A stretch of 48,536 nt of DNA, from NCBI GenBank assembly GCA_002386045.1, contig DGEQ01000079.1:651-49186 (forward strand). Reading direction: 5' to 3'. The DNA is from Hungateiclostridiaceae bacterium UBA3922. GTDB lineage: Bacteria > Bacillota > Clostridia > Acetivibrionales > DTU013. The notes beneath the pieces were generated by a model. That model made no database searches and was not told the origin of the DNA. It was given only the letters and a program-made list of their open reading frames with translations. Below are positions 8,861 to 17,682 of the stretch, in pieces. The position numbers were made by a program, and so were the translations under genes. Positions within the stretch are counted from its first letter, which is position 1, and every line of letters starts with the position of its first letter.

Positions 8861-11119
8861 TTACCTGCGCCAGTATATTTCTATTACGTCCCCTTCGCCG
8901 ATCGGATCGGTAAAGGCCGCAGGCCTGCCGTTCAGCCTGAGTTCTATCGTTCCCTGCGGTTTTGTCAGGTCAAAATCTATATAGTTGAATATATCCACGA
9001 ACATATGCCTGGCCTGGGTCTTCCTCAGCGAAACGGTTTTTCCGTTCACCGTCACGTCGAACCAGTCATCAGGTCCGGATGATATATCTGTGCCCAACAC
9101 GTCTCCGTTGCCGGCCCCGGTCCCGCCTGCGGATATATCACCGGTTTCGGCTCCGTTTCCGCGTGCGGTCTCTGTTTCGGCTGCTGCGGCAGATGTGGTG
9201 TCAGGATCGGATGCTTCACCGGGAGAGGCAGGATATCCATCGTGCCTTTCAACACACGTTATATCATCCCCGTCCTGCAGCACGTAGTCTGTACCGACAT
9301 CACTGCTGCCGTTGACCGTGACTTCCTTATCCCCGCCGGTGCAGCCTGCTGCTTCCAGCAGGTCTCCAAGTGTCTTTATCCTCGAATGATGGACGACGTC
9401 ACCGTCCTTTATTTCGGTATCGGCGCCGACATGCACGCCGTTGACGGTTATGACGGTGCCTATGTCCACAGGTTTGCCGTTTAGGAAAACAGAACCGACA
9501 GAATAATCAGGCACCAGTCCATGTGCCTTCACCGACGCATCCCTTCCGTTCTGTGCCGGAACGACGGTTATGTTGTCTCCGAATGACAGCGGGGCATCGA
9601 GGCTTGACATCTTTCCGTTAAGCCATATTTCCGCGGCTTTTCCGAATTCGCCCCTGAACCTGCGCACTTCACCGTTGACAGTACAGGTTATGCTTTTGCC
9701 GGAACGACCTATCAGGTCCTCCGCGCCGAAACCATACAGGACCAGCGCATCAGAAACCTTGAGCCTTTTCGTATTGAACAGTTTCAGCTTCCTGTCATTT
9801 ACTGTTACAGAAATGAAATCCTTCCCAGAGTATAGCTGTGCTGTTACCGCTATACCGACCGGTGTGACAACCTCAGGCCCGTACAGCTTTTTGTCGGCGA
9901 ACCTGACTCCCCTGATCACATCACGCCCCCTCACGGCGACCCTTTCTTCCGGCAGGCCAAGCTGTTCTGCCAGGAACTTCGGCAGCAGCGGGATGCGGCT
10001 TCCGCCTCCCACAAGGAACACCGCGTTGGGAGCCTTGCGGTTGTATTCGAGTATCTTGCCCGAGATCGTCGATGCAAGCATCCTGATCGTGTCCTCTATT
10101 CCATCCAGTACATCCCGGGCCGATACTTCATGCTTCTTTCTGAGTATGTCGGTAAAGCCGATTCTTTCTTTACCTGAAGACAGCGATATCTTGATCTTTT
10201 CCGCGGTAGCAAAATCGACGAGGTAATGCTGTGAAATGCTTTCTGTTATTTCATCACCGGCGACCGGTACCATTGCATACGCGAACACGCTTCCATCCTT
10301 TGTAAGGGCTATATCCGAAGTGCCGGCACCTATGTCCACGAGCGCAAGATTAAGCAGCCTCAGGTCCGGAGCGATCGCCACGTTCAATGCCGCTATCGGC
10401 TCAAGGGTGAGGCTCGCAACTTCAAGGCCGATCCTGTTCACTACGGAATAAAGGCTGTCCACCACCGTCAGCGGAAGGAACGTAGCCAGCAGTTCCACCC
10501 CCGCGGACCTGCCCCTGTGACCTGTCAGCTTCGACATAATGTACCCGTTGAGGTAATAGTTGATGACACTGTATCCGACGCAGTAATACTGGTTTTTCCC
10601 ATCGCTGTCCGAAGATCCGTCAAGTATCATCTGGGCCCGCTGGATACCTTCTATTTCCATGCTGCTCACAAGGTCGGCGTCGATCTCGGCGTCCTGTTCC
10701 AGGCTCCTCTCCACCTTGACCTGGCATGTCTTCAGTACCCTTCCGGCTGCCGCAATGGCCACCTTTGCGAACCTGAAGCCCATCCTTGCCTCAAGCCGCT
10801 GCTTTACTTCCATGGCTGTGGCGGCAGCCTGGTCTATGTCATGTATCTGTCCGTCCATCATCGCCCGGCCTTTATGCTCACATACTTCTGCGGCAAGCAC
10901 GCGGAAAAAGTCTCCTTCCTGCCTCCCAACGACGCCGGCGATGGTACGGGTCCCGATGTCCAGGGCGAATACGACGTCATCCGGCGCAAAATCCTTTATA
11001 TCGGCAGCATTCCCGACATCCATGCCTGCCAGCCTTATCACCCTGCCGGTACGTTTCGGGTTCGTGTTTTTACCTTTCCCCGCTTTTTTCGGGCTCGTGC
11101 CGTGATACTTTTCTGCCAC
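8861..11119 (-). CDS. FtsA/actin-like (ASKHA) ATPase fused to repeated C-terminal beta-grasp (ThiS-like) modules
   Basis: The N-terminal half has actin-fold phosphate motifs (FALDIGTRTIAGVV, LALVDIGAGTSDIAL, VFLVGGGSRIP). The C-terminal third contains reiterated (V/L)NG...GDx(I/V) modules and an acidic/Gly-rich linker. Confidence 0.8.
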   Translation of the reverse strand: MAEKYHGTSPKKAGKGKNTNPKRTGRVIRLAGMDVGNAADIKDFAPDDVVFALDIGTRTIAGVVGRQEGDFFRVLAAEVCEHKGRAMMDGQIHDIDQAAATAMEVKQRLEARMGFRFAKVAIAAAGRVLKTCQVKVERSLEQDAEIDADLVSSMEIEGIQRAQMILDGSSDSDGKNQYYCVGYSVINYYLNGYIMSKLTGHRGRSAGVELLATFLPLTVVDSLYSVVNRIGLEVASLTLEPIAALNVAIAPDLRLLNLALVDIGAGTSDIALTKDGSVFAYAMVPVAGDEITESISQHYLVDFATAEKIKISLSSGKERIGFTDILRKKHEVSARDVLDGIEDTIRMLASTISGKILEYNRKAPNAVFLVGGGSRIPLLPKFLAEQLGLPEERVAVRGRDVIRGVRFADKKLYGPEVVTPVGIAVTAQLYSGKDFISVTVNDRKLKLFNTKRLKVSDALVLYGFGAEDLIGRSGKSITCTVNGEVRRFRGEFGKAAEIWLNGKMSSLDAPLSFGDNITVVPAQNGRDASVKAHGLVPDYSVGSVFLNGKPVDIGTVITVNGVHVGADTEIKDGDVVHHSRIKTLGDLLEAAGCTGGDKEVTVNGSSDVGTDYVLQDGDDITCVERHDGYPASPGEASDPDTTSAAAAETETARGNGAETGDISAGGTGAGNGDVLGTDISSGPDDWFDVTVNGKTVSLRKTQARHMFVDIFNYIDFDLTKPQGTIELRLNGRPAAFTDPIGEGDVIEIYWRR

Positions 11120-11338
11120 AGCGGCATCACCTCTCGAATCTGCACATGACGGGCTGATAAATATTATTAATTCGACAGTCGCATATCAAATCCTTCTGTC
11201 GTATCACCAAAACATATATTACACAGGACCATGGTCCATAGGTCTAAATTCTGCTTTTCAACGCCTGTTCGTGATAGTATACTGATTATGTAAATAGGAA
11301 GAAAAAGTATCATACTTCAGCAGGAAAGGAGAACAAAA

Positions 11339-12058
11339 GTGCTTTCCTTAGCCATCCTTGATGACAACATAAAAGTCCTTGAATTGTACGAAGAACTGAT
11401 ACCCAAATGGTTTGCCAGGAACGGGATCGACGGACGCATCGTCATGGCCACCGGCGATCACAACGAGTTCCTCAAGGCGGTAAGAGGACGTTCGGTCAAC
11501 GTATGCATCATCGACATCAACCTGCAATCCGAGGTAAGCGGGCTTTACATAGCCCGGAAAATCAGGGAGGAAAAGCTGGACGCCGAGATCATCTTCTGCA
11601 CTGGCATGCTCGAGTTCATGCACAGGGCATTTGACGTGAACGCGTATCACTATATAATAAAACCTATAGGGAGAAATCTCGAAAAATGTCTCGTGAAACT
11701 TCACAGGGAAATGGAGGCAAGGCAGAACAGGAAAAACATAATCGAACTGAAAACAAAATCGAATATCTACTACATTGCCCGCGATTCGATATCGCATGTG
11801 GTAAGACGAAAAAGCAAATCCGTGATATTTTCGTCCGGCAGTGTATATGAAGTGTATGACAGCCTGGATTCACTCATTGAGAAACTTGGGAGGGAAAAGT
11901 TTTTCAAAAGCTGCAGATCTGAAATAATCAACAAAGATTATATCAGGCAGATAGATAAGGCAAACAGAAAAATAATACTGACAAACGGATATGTGGGAAA
12001 GTTCAGCCGTATGAATGCATCCCGCCTGTTGAAAGGAGCTTCTGACAATGAAGGTTGA
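11339..12058 (+). CDS. LytTR-family response regulator (AgrA-like)
   Basis: GTG start after AGGAAAGGAG. The receiver domain has ILDD, CIIDINL and YIIKP. The C-terminal LytTR domain reads IELKTKSNIYYI...ISHV...FFKSCRSEIINKDYI. It overlaps the downstream kinase gene by 11 nt. Confidence 0.9.
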   Translation: MLSLAILDDNIKVLELYEELIPKWFARNGIDGRIVMATGDHNEFLKAVRGRSVNVCIIDINLQSEVSGLYIARKIREEKLDAEIIFCTGMLEFMHRAFDVNAYHYIIKPIGRNLEKCLVKLHREMEARQNRKNIIELKTKSNIYYIARDSISHVVRRKSKSVIFSSGSVYEVYDSLDSLIEKLGREKFFKSCRSEIINKDYIRQIDKANRKIILTNGYVGKFSRMNASRLLKGASDNEG

Positions 12059-13325
12059 AACACTGCTGATAAATACGGGTTCTGCTTTTCTGGCAAGCCT
12101 TTATGTCATCTATTACCATAGCGCCGTAAGCGGCCTCAGGATGTCAAGGAGCCAAAAGGTAAGTTTTTCCGTCGTGTTTGCACTGCTGAACGGATTCATT
12201 TCTTCCATCATGCAGGTATCGGTGTACAAACCGCTGGTCCTTATAGCACTGAGCACATCCATAATCGCGGTTTTGCTGAAAGCACCCGTGATCCAGGCAT
12301 TCCTGTCATTTTCCATCTATACTGTCGCTTCGGCGATAGGCAATTCACTGGTGCCCATCCTGATAAAACTGGCATATCCCGGAATGACGGTGGAAGAAGT
12401 GTTGTCCGATCCGCTGCTTGTGATCGGCGCTAACGTTTTCGTCAACCTGCTCGTATTCCTGCTGTTCCTCCTGATCAAGCCGGTAATCGATTACACGAAG
12501 CTGCTGAGCAGGGATAAGTTCCTCCTAGTGCTCACCGTTGCAACGATCCTGGTCATAACTTCAACATTCGCTATGTACCTGTACACCAGGACCCTTGACA
12601 TGACAGCCTGCCTGATAATAGCGTCTATAAGCATTTCCTACTGCGTATTCATAATCCTGATGTGGATCTCGACGCTAAGGAAAGTCATCAGGGATGAAGA
12701 TCTGAAGCAGCAGAAATTTTACAATGAATCGCTCCGCTCCACCCTTTTTGAACTGAGGCGGTTCAGGCACGACTGGGTCAATAACCTTACGGTGATAGAC
12801 TCGATGCTGAAGATGAACAAAATCAACGAACTGAAGCAGTACGTCTCCGAACTCATAGGGCATTGCTGGGCACATACGAACACACAGATCTATTCCATCA
12901 GGAACGCCGCTTTGTTTGGCATCCTTTCCTCCAAGGTAAGCCTTGCCCACGAAAAAGGCGTATCGGTAAACATGACCGTCACCGGTGAACTGGAAAACAT
13001 CCCGGGAGTCAGGATATCCGATTTTTGCGAAGTGATCGGGATCTTCCTGGACAACGCCATCGAAGAAGCGGTCCAGTCCGACAGGGTGATAAACATCGAT
13101 ATGAGAGAAGGGAACAACTTCATCGAGATGTCCATCTCGAACACGTGCAAGACCCCGCCGGACATGCAGATGCTTGCTGCGGACGGTTATTCCACGAAAG
13201 GAGAAGGCAGGGGCATGGGACTTGCGATAACCAAAAACATCCTCTCCAGGTACAAAAACATCCTCCACGTCACTACATACGAAGACAATATATTCACCCA
13301 GACGATCGAAATCCTGAAAACATGA
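12048..13325 (+). CDS. AgrC-like (HPK10) sensor histidine kinase
   Basis: About 6 N-terminal TM helices, H-box FRHDWVNNL, N-box FLDNAIEEA, G-box STKGEGRGMGLAI. Confidence 0.85.
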   Translation: MKVETLLINTGSAFLASLYVIYYHSAVSGLRMSRSQKVSFSVVFALLNGFISSIMQVSVYKPLVLIALSTSIIAVLLKAPVIQAFLSFSIYTVASAIGNSLVPILIKLAYPGMTVEEVLSDPLLVIGANVFVNLLVFLLFLLIKPVIDYTKLLSRDKFLLVLTVATILVITSTFAMYLYTRTLDMTACLIIASISISYCVFIILMWISTLRKVIRDEDLKQQKFYNESLRSTLFELRRFRHDWVNNLTVIDSMLKMNKINELKQYVSELIGHCWAHTNTQIYSIRNAALFGILSSKVSLAHEKGVSVNMTVTGELENIPGVRISDFCEVIGIFLDNAIEEAVQSDRVINIDMREGNNFIEMSISNTCKTPPDMQMLAADGYSTKGEGRGMGLAITKNILSRYKNILHVTTYEDNIFTQTIEILKT

Positions 13326-13365
13326 AGGAAGGGGGACCTCCCCCCCATTCACGCTGCTACGTCCT

Positions 13366-13509
13366 TTAGTCTTCCCTTATCAGCGACTTCGGGCATTCTT
13401 TCTGGTAGAATGTCCATAACCAGCATCCATACGCAGACACAGCGGATGCTACGAATACGCCTGCCATTGCGAGCAGGCATACGAGGACCCTGAAGTAATT
13501 CTTCTTCAT
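13366..13509 (-). CDS. agrD: AgrD-like autoinducing-peptide precursor (47 aa)
   Basis: MKKNYFRVLVCLLAMAGVFVASAVSAYGCWLWTFYQKECPKSLIRED. The ATG overlaps the agrB stop (ATGA), with GGAGGAGG upstream. It has a hydrophobic leader, Cys29, and a C-terminal ECPKSL that resembles the S. aureus AgrD EVPKEL recognition tail. Confidence 0.7.
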   Translation of the reverse strand: MKKNYFRVLVCLLAMAGVFVASAVSAYGCWLWTFYQKECPKSLIRED

Positions 13510-14111
13510 GCAGACACCTCCTCCCATCCATATTTGTTTCCCGATATCCTGTATGCCAATGGCGTCATGAACAACGCCTGGATGAAGCAGGAGAAGAGTA
13601 TTATATTCGACCACACGGAAGGCAGGAACCATGAAGCCGTAAACATGCCTGTCAGCAATATGAAGCAACCGATCCTGAGTTGCTTCCTCTGCTTTCTGGA
13701 TTTGACAGGCTTCTGCGGGAGATCAGCCGGCGCGTACAGGTATGCGGACAGGTATGAGAACGGGGCTATGATCATCAGCAAATATATGCGGTCGATATTG
13801 CTGTAAACCGATGCCGCAACGACGCCGAAAACGATCGCGGAATGGACGATCATGCAGCCGATGTGCGATTTCGCATGGATACCTCCCATCAGCGTCCTCT
13901 GGATCCCATATGCAGCCACTGCAGCTGCTACATACGGCACGATCCGGAGTACGAGCGAAATCACCAGGATTATGCTTATCTTGACTATCTCCGAAACAGT
14001 CATGTAAACGCCATATTCGATGATTTCGCGCTTTTCAGGGTCGACACCGTCCAGCGTGGAATAGATCATATCAGCCATGTATTTGCTGATTTTGTCAAAC
14101 ATCGACATCAC
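13506..14111 (-). CDS. agrB: AgrB-family membrane endopeptidase (AIP processing)
   Basis: 201-aa polytopic protein. It has the AgrB-like N-terminus (KISKYMADMI...EIIEYGVYMTVSE) and the RTLMGGIHAKSHIGC segment with the conserved His/Cys pair. Confidence 0.9.
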   Translation of the reverse strand: MMSMFDKISKYMADMIYSTLDGVDPEKREIIEYGVYMTVSEIVKISIILVISLVLRIVPYVAAAVAAYGIQRTLMGGIHAKSHIGCMIVHSAIVFGVVAASVYSNIDRIYLLMIIAPFSYLSAYLYAPADLPQKPVKSRKQRKQLRIGCFILLTGMFTASWFLPSVWSNIILFSCFIQALFMTPLAYRISGNKYGWEEVSA

Positions 14112-14393
14112 CTGCTTCTATTATACTTTCTATTCGGGTGCTTTAAGGGATTTTTTATCGAACGGCACTTTTCATTGACCGAAAATGATTTGTCATCACA
14201 ATTATACAAAAAAACGGGCATTTGATAAACTAATAGTTTTGGTTATTGTAATTTTCATTAAAAAAATGTACTTTTTTAATTGAAGTTCCGGGCAATACCA
14301 GGGGAAATTATCATATTTATTGACAAATATTCCTTATGATGATATTTTATTTTCGTCATACTATCTAAAAATGGAAAAGCAAGAGGTCATGAT

Positions 14394-14627
14394 ATGTTAT
14401 CCGAATTGGCTGAATGCACAGTGCTCATGCTGAGAGTGATCCATGAGATGTACAGCACGCAAAGGATAACTTATGAAGAATTCGTGAACCACACCAGGAA
14501 AAAGCTTCAGTTTTTGTCAGAAAACATTTCGCAATTCACTTCTGAAGCAGAAAGGGAAACGGCATACGATATACTGAACAAGTGCAGTTCGATCCTGTCC
14601 GGGAACGAAGGGAGCTACCTGCAGTAA
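14394..14627 (+). CDS. Small helical hypothetical protein (77 aa), divergent from agrBD
   Basis: AGAGG lies 7 nt upstream of the ATG, and the upstream spacer is AT-rich with TTGACA (14320-14325). I recognised no family. Confidence 0.5.
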   Translation: MLSELAECTVLMLRVIHEMYSTQRITYEEFVNHTRKKLQFLSENISQFTSEAERETAYDILNKCSSILSGNEGSYLQ

Positions 14628-14658
14628 TTCTCCCGGGTGTTGCCTGCGTTTTTCCCGG

Positions 14659-15732
14659 TCATGCATCCGAATATTTCCTGATGACCGCCATCACGGACTG
14701 CACTCCGTCGCCGGTCGCGTTTTTTTTCATTGCAGCAACATAGCGGCCTGAATCGTTCCAAAGATCATATATAGCATTTACCAGGGATTCACGGTCCAGT
14801 CCTTCTTCCTGCAGAACCTTGCTGTAACCCTGTTTTTCAAATGAAGCGGCATTCTGTATCTGGTCGCCGCGGCTTGCGGCCCTGGACAGCGGGATGAGAA
14901 GATTGGGCTTTTTCAGTGCAAGCAGTTCATGCAGCACCGTAGCGCCGGCCCTCGATACGACAAGATCAGCCAGCGCATACAGGTGAGGCTGTTCCTCGTT
15001 CACGTATTCGAACTGCCTGTATCCCTTCAGGCCGTTCAGTTCTTCCCTGACATTGCCTTTCCCGCAGATATGGCAGACGTTGAAATCTTTCAGCAGCCTG
15101 TCAAGCACGCTCCTTATCGCATTGTTTATGTTCTCGGACCCAAGACTGCCGCCGATGACCATGATGACGGGTTTTGTATCGGTGAACCCGCATATTTCCC
15201 TTCCCTTCCGCCGGTCGCCTCCAAGCAGGCTTTGCCTTATCGGCATGCCCGTCCTTATACCCTTTCCTCCGGGTATGTACGGAGCAGTCTCAGGAAACGT
15301 ATAGCACACTGCCCTGGCGAACGGCATCGAGAGCCTGTTGGTAAGCCCGGGCGTTATGTCGGATTCGTGTATGACGACAGGTATCTTTCTCAACCACGCA
15401 GCCCAGACCACGGGACAGGACACAAATCCTCCCTTGCTGAATACTGCAGACGGCTTCAGCTTTCCGAGCAGCGAGTATGCCTGGAGGAATCCCGCGGCGA
15501 CCCTGAAAACATCGGTGAAATTCCTGAGATCGAAATACCTGCGCAGCTTGCCAGCGCTGATCCCATGGTAAGGTATGCCTTCTTTCACGATCAGTTCCTT
15601 TTCCATGCCGCTGCGCGAACCAATGTAGTGTATCGTATAGCCTTCCTGTTTCAGGCAAGGCAGCAATGCGATATTCGGAGTGACATGTCCTGACGTCCCC
15701 CCGCCTGTCAGGACCACTACTTTTCCATGCAT
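14659..15732 (-). CDS. murG: Undecaprenyldiphospho-muramoylpentapeptide beta-N-acetylglucosaminyltransferase
   Basis: VLTGGGTSGHVTPNIAL, a GT28 N/C-terminal domain pattern, 357 aa. Confidence 0.95.
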   Translation of the reverse strand: MHGKVVVLTGGGTSGHVTPNIALLPCLKQEGYTIHYIGSRSGMEKELIVKEGIPYHGISAGKLRRYFDLRNFTDVFRVAAGFLQAYSLLGKLKPSAVFSKGGFVSCPVVWAAWLRKIPVVIHESDITPGLTNRLSMPFARAVCYTFPETAPYIPGGKGIRTGMPIRQSLLGGDRRKGREICGFTDTKPVIMVIGGSLGSENINNAIRSVLDRLLKDFNVCHICGKGNVREELNGLKGYRQFEYVNEEQPHLYALADLVVSRAGATVLHELLALKKPNLLIPLSRAASRGDQIQNAASFEKQGYSKVLQEEGLDRESLVNAIYDLWNDSGRYVAAMKKNATGDGVQSVMAVIRKYSDA

Positions 15733-15733
15733 A

Positions 15734-16981
15734 TTATCCAGATACCTCTTTTTTCCCCAAAGACACTATATCGTATCCTGACGGATCCTGGAATGCCCTC
15801 AGTCCGAAATGCGGCAGCACCGCAAAAAGGTGATCGAAAATATCGGACTGTATATTTTCATATTCTGTCCATTCCGTCGTCGCCGTAAACGCGTATATCT
15901 CCAGCGGGAGACCGTTCGGGCCCGGCGCAAGCTGCCTGACCATCAGCGTCATGCCCTTGTGTATGCCCGGATGGTTCCTGAGATAATTATATACGTAAAA
16001 ACGGAAGGTCCCGATATTGGTCATCCTTCTCCCGTTTACCGGCACCGACACATCTATATTCCTCTCTTTATTATATATATCTATTTCCCTTCGCTTATTC
16101 GCTATATATTCCTTCAGGTATTCTATCCCTGACAGTTCTTCGATCATTTCCTCGGACAGGAACCTGATACTGGTCACATCTATGAAGATGCTGCGCTTGA
16201 TCCGCCTTCCTCCGGACATCTTCATGCCCCTCCAGTTCCTGAAGGAATCCTGGACCATCGCATGGGCAGGTATCGTCGTTATGGTGTTGTCGAAGTTCCG
16301 GACCTTCACCGTTGTCAGCATGATGTCAGTAACGAAGCCGTCCGCATCGTATTTCGGCATCTCGATCCAGTCGCCGATGCGGATCATGTCATTCGATGTA
16401 AGCTGTATGCCTGCCACAAATCCCAGGATAGCATTCTGGAATACCAGCAGTATAACGGCAGACAGCGCTCCGAGACCGCCAAGCAGGATAAGCGGATTCT
16501 GGCCGATCAGCGAAGACACTATGACGATAGCACCTACGACAAACGCGATTATCTTGATAACTTGGAGGATACCTTTTATGGGCCTGGTTTTTGAGATGTC
16601 GAATGACCTGTATATATCGTCCGCCGCATTGAGCAGCGAATCGATGATGAGCAGCAGCACGAACGTGACATACGCGGACAGGATCCGTTTTAACCATATT
16701 TCAAGGTCAGGGAAAAACCCGGTGAAAAAACCGATGATCAGCGGTGTGACCAGGTGTGCGGTGCGATGGAACACTTTATTCTCATAAAGCTTGTCGTCCC
16801 ATGTATACTTGTTCTGCCTGATCAGTTTCGGCACCAGGCGAAGCAGGACTTTCCGGGCGATCAGGTTGCCCAGCACGCAGAGCACAGCAATAGCTACCAC
16901 TACGATCACAGTGGTCAGCACTGCCGATGTTTCGCCAGCCGCACCGAGGCTTTTGACGCGCTCTTCTATCCAGGCCTGCAA
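15734..16981 (-). CDS. Mechanosensitive ion channel (MscS family)
   Basis: Multiple TM helices followed by the MscS beta-domain signature IRIGDWIEMPKYDADGFVTDIMLTTVKVRNFDNTITTIPAHAM. Confidence 0.9.
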   Translation of the reverse strand: MQAWIEERVKSLGAAGETSAVLTTVIVVVAIAVLCVLGNLIARKVLLRLVPKLIRQNKYTWDDKLYENKVFHRTAHLVTPLIIGFFTGFFPDLEIWLKRILSAYVTFVLLLIIDSLLNAADDIYRSFDISKTRPIKGILQVIKIIAFVVGAIVIVSSLIGQNPLILLGGLGALSAVILLVFQNAILGFVAGIQLTSNDMIRIGDWIEMPKYDADGFVTDIMLTTVKVRNFDNTITTIPAHAMVQDSFRNWRGMKMSGGRRIKRSIFIDVTSIRFLSEEMIEELSGIEYLKEYIANKRREIDIYNKERNIDVSVPVNGRRMTNIGTFRFYVYNYLRNHPGIHKGMTLMVRQLAPGPNGLPLEIYAFTATTEWTEYENIQSDIFDHLFAVLPHFGLRAFQDPSGYDIVSLGKKEVSG

Positions 16982-17025
16982 TATGATCCCCCCGTGTATA
17001 TTGATAGCTTAGATGAATCAAATCG

Positions 17026-17649
17026 TCAGGAGTTCTTCATTATGACGCTCTCTATCGCATCGGCGACATCTTCGCAGGAATCGCAGCATTTCTCGAGGTA
17101 ATGGTATATCGTATCCCAGGCTGCAAGTTCCTTGTAGTTGTCACACTCCACGTAAAGTTTCCTGGTCGCATCCATGTACAGGGCATCTCCCTCTTCTTCC
17201 AGCCTGTTCACCTCCACGACCAGGTCGTGCAGCTTCGATGACTTGCGGAAATTGCTGAATTCGTCCAGCGCGGTCTTCAGGGCGTTGCAGCACTTTACTA
17301 TGACATCGGTCATTTTCAGCGCCTGCACGGTCACCTTGCTGATATTGAACATATACATCCTCATGAGCACGTCCTCGATCGTATCGGTAACCGTATCGAT
17401 GGTGTCGGCCAACGCCACGATATCCTCCCTGTCTATGGGAGTGATGAATTCCCTGGCCAGCCTCTTTATCATCCTGTGCCTTGCCTCGTCCCCGCCGTGT
17501 TCTATTTCATGCATTTCTTTCATTTTTTGAGGCAGCATTTCCGCATTGAAATCGTACAATATCTCCTTGAGCAGGTCTGCTGCCCTGCAGGAATAGCTTA
17601 CCAGCTCGACAAAAGTGTCAAAATAGGTTTCTCCCTTTTTCTTTGCCAT
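17026..17649 (-). CDS. DUF47/PhoU-like protein, the usual partner of PiT phosphate transporters
   Basis: Helical protein starting MAKKKGETYFDTF..., encoded directly downstream of pit. I prefer the ATG at 17649, with GAGGA upstream, over the track start at 17673, which has no Shine-Dalgarno motif. Confidence 0.85.
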   Translation of the reverse strand: MAKKKGETYFDTFVELVSYSCRAADLLKEILYDFNAEMLPQKMKEMHEIEHGGDEARHRMIKRLAREFITPIDREDIVALADTIDTVTDTIEDVLMRMYMFNISKVTVQALKMTDVIVKCCNALKTALDEFSNFRKSSKLHDLVVEVNRLEEEGDALYMDATRKLYVECDNYKELAAWDTIYHYLEKCCDSCEDVADAIESVIMKNS

Positions 17650-17682
17650 TTCCAGACCATCCTCATCAACCATATTTTTATG

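Noticed and set aside
13331-13344. The GGGGG-acct-CCCCC hairpin between the convergent kinase and agrD genes, considered as a bidirectional terminator.
   Set aside because: The stem is only 5 bp and there is no U-tract on either strand. It is plausible but too weak to report as a feature.
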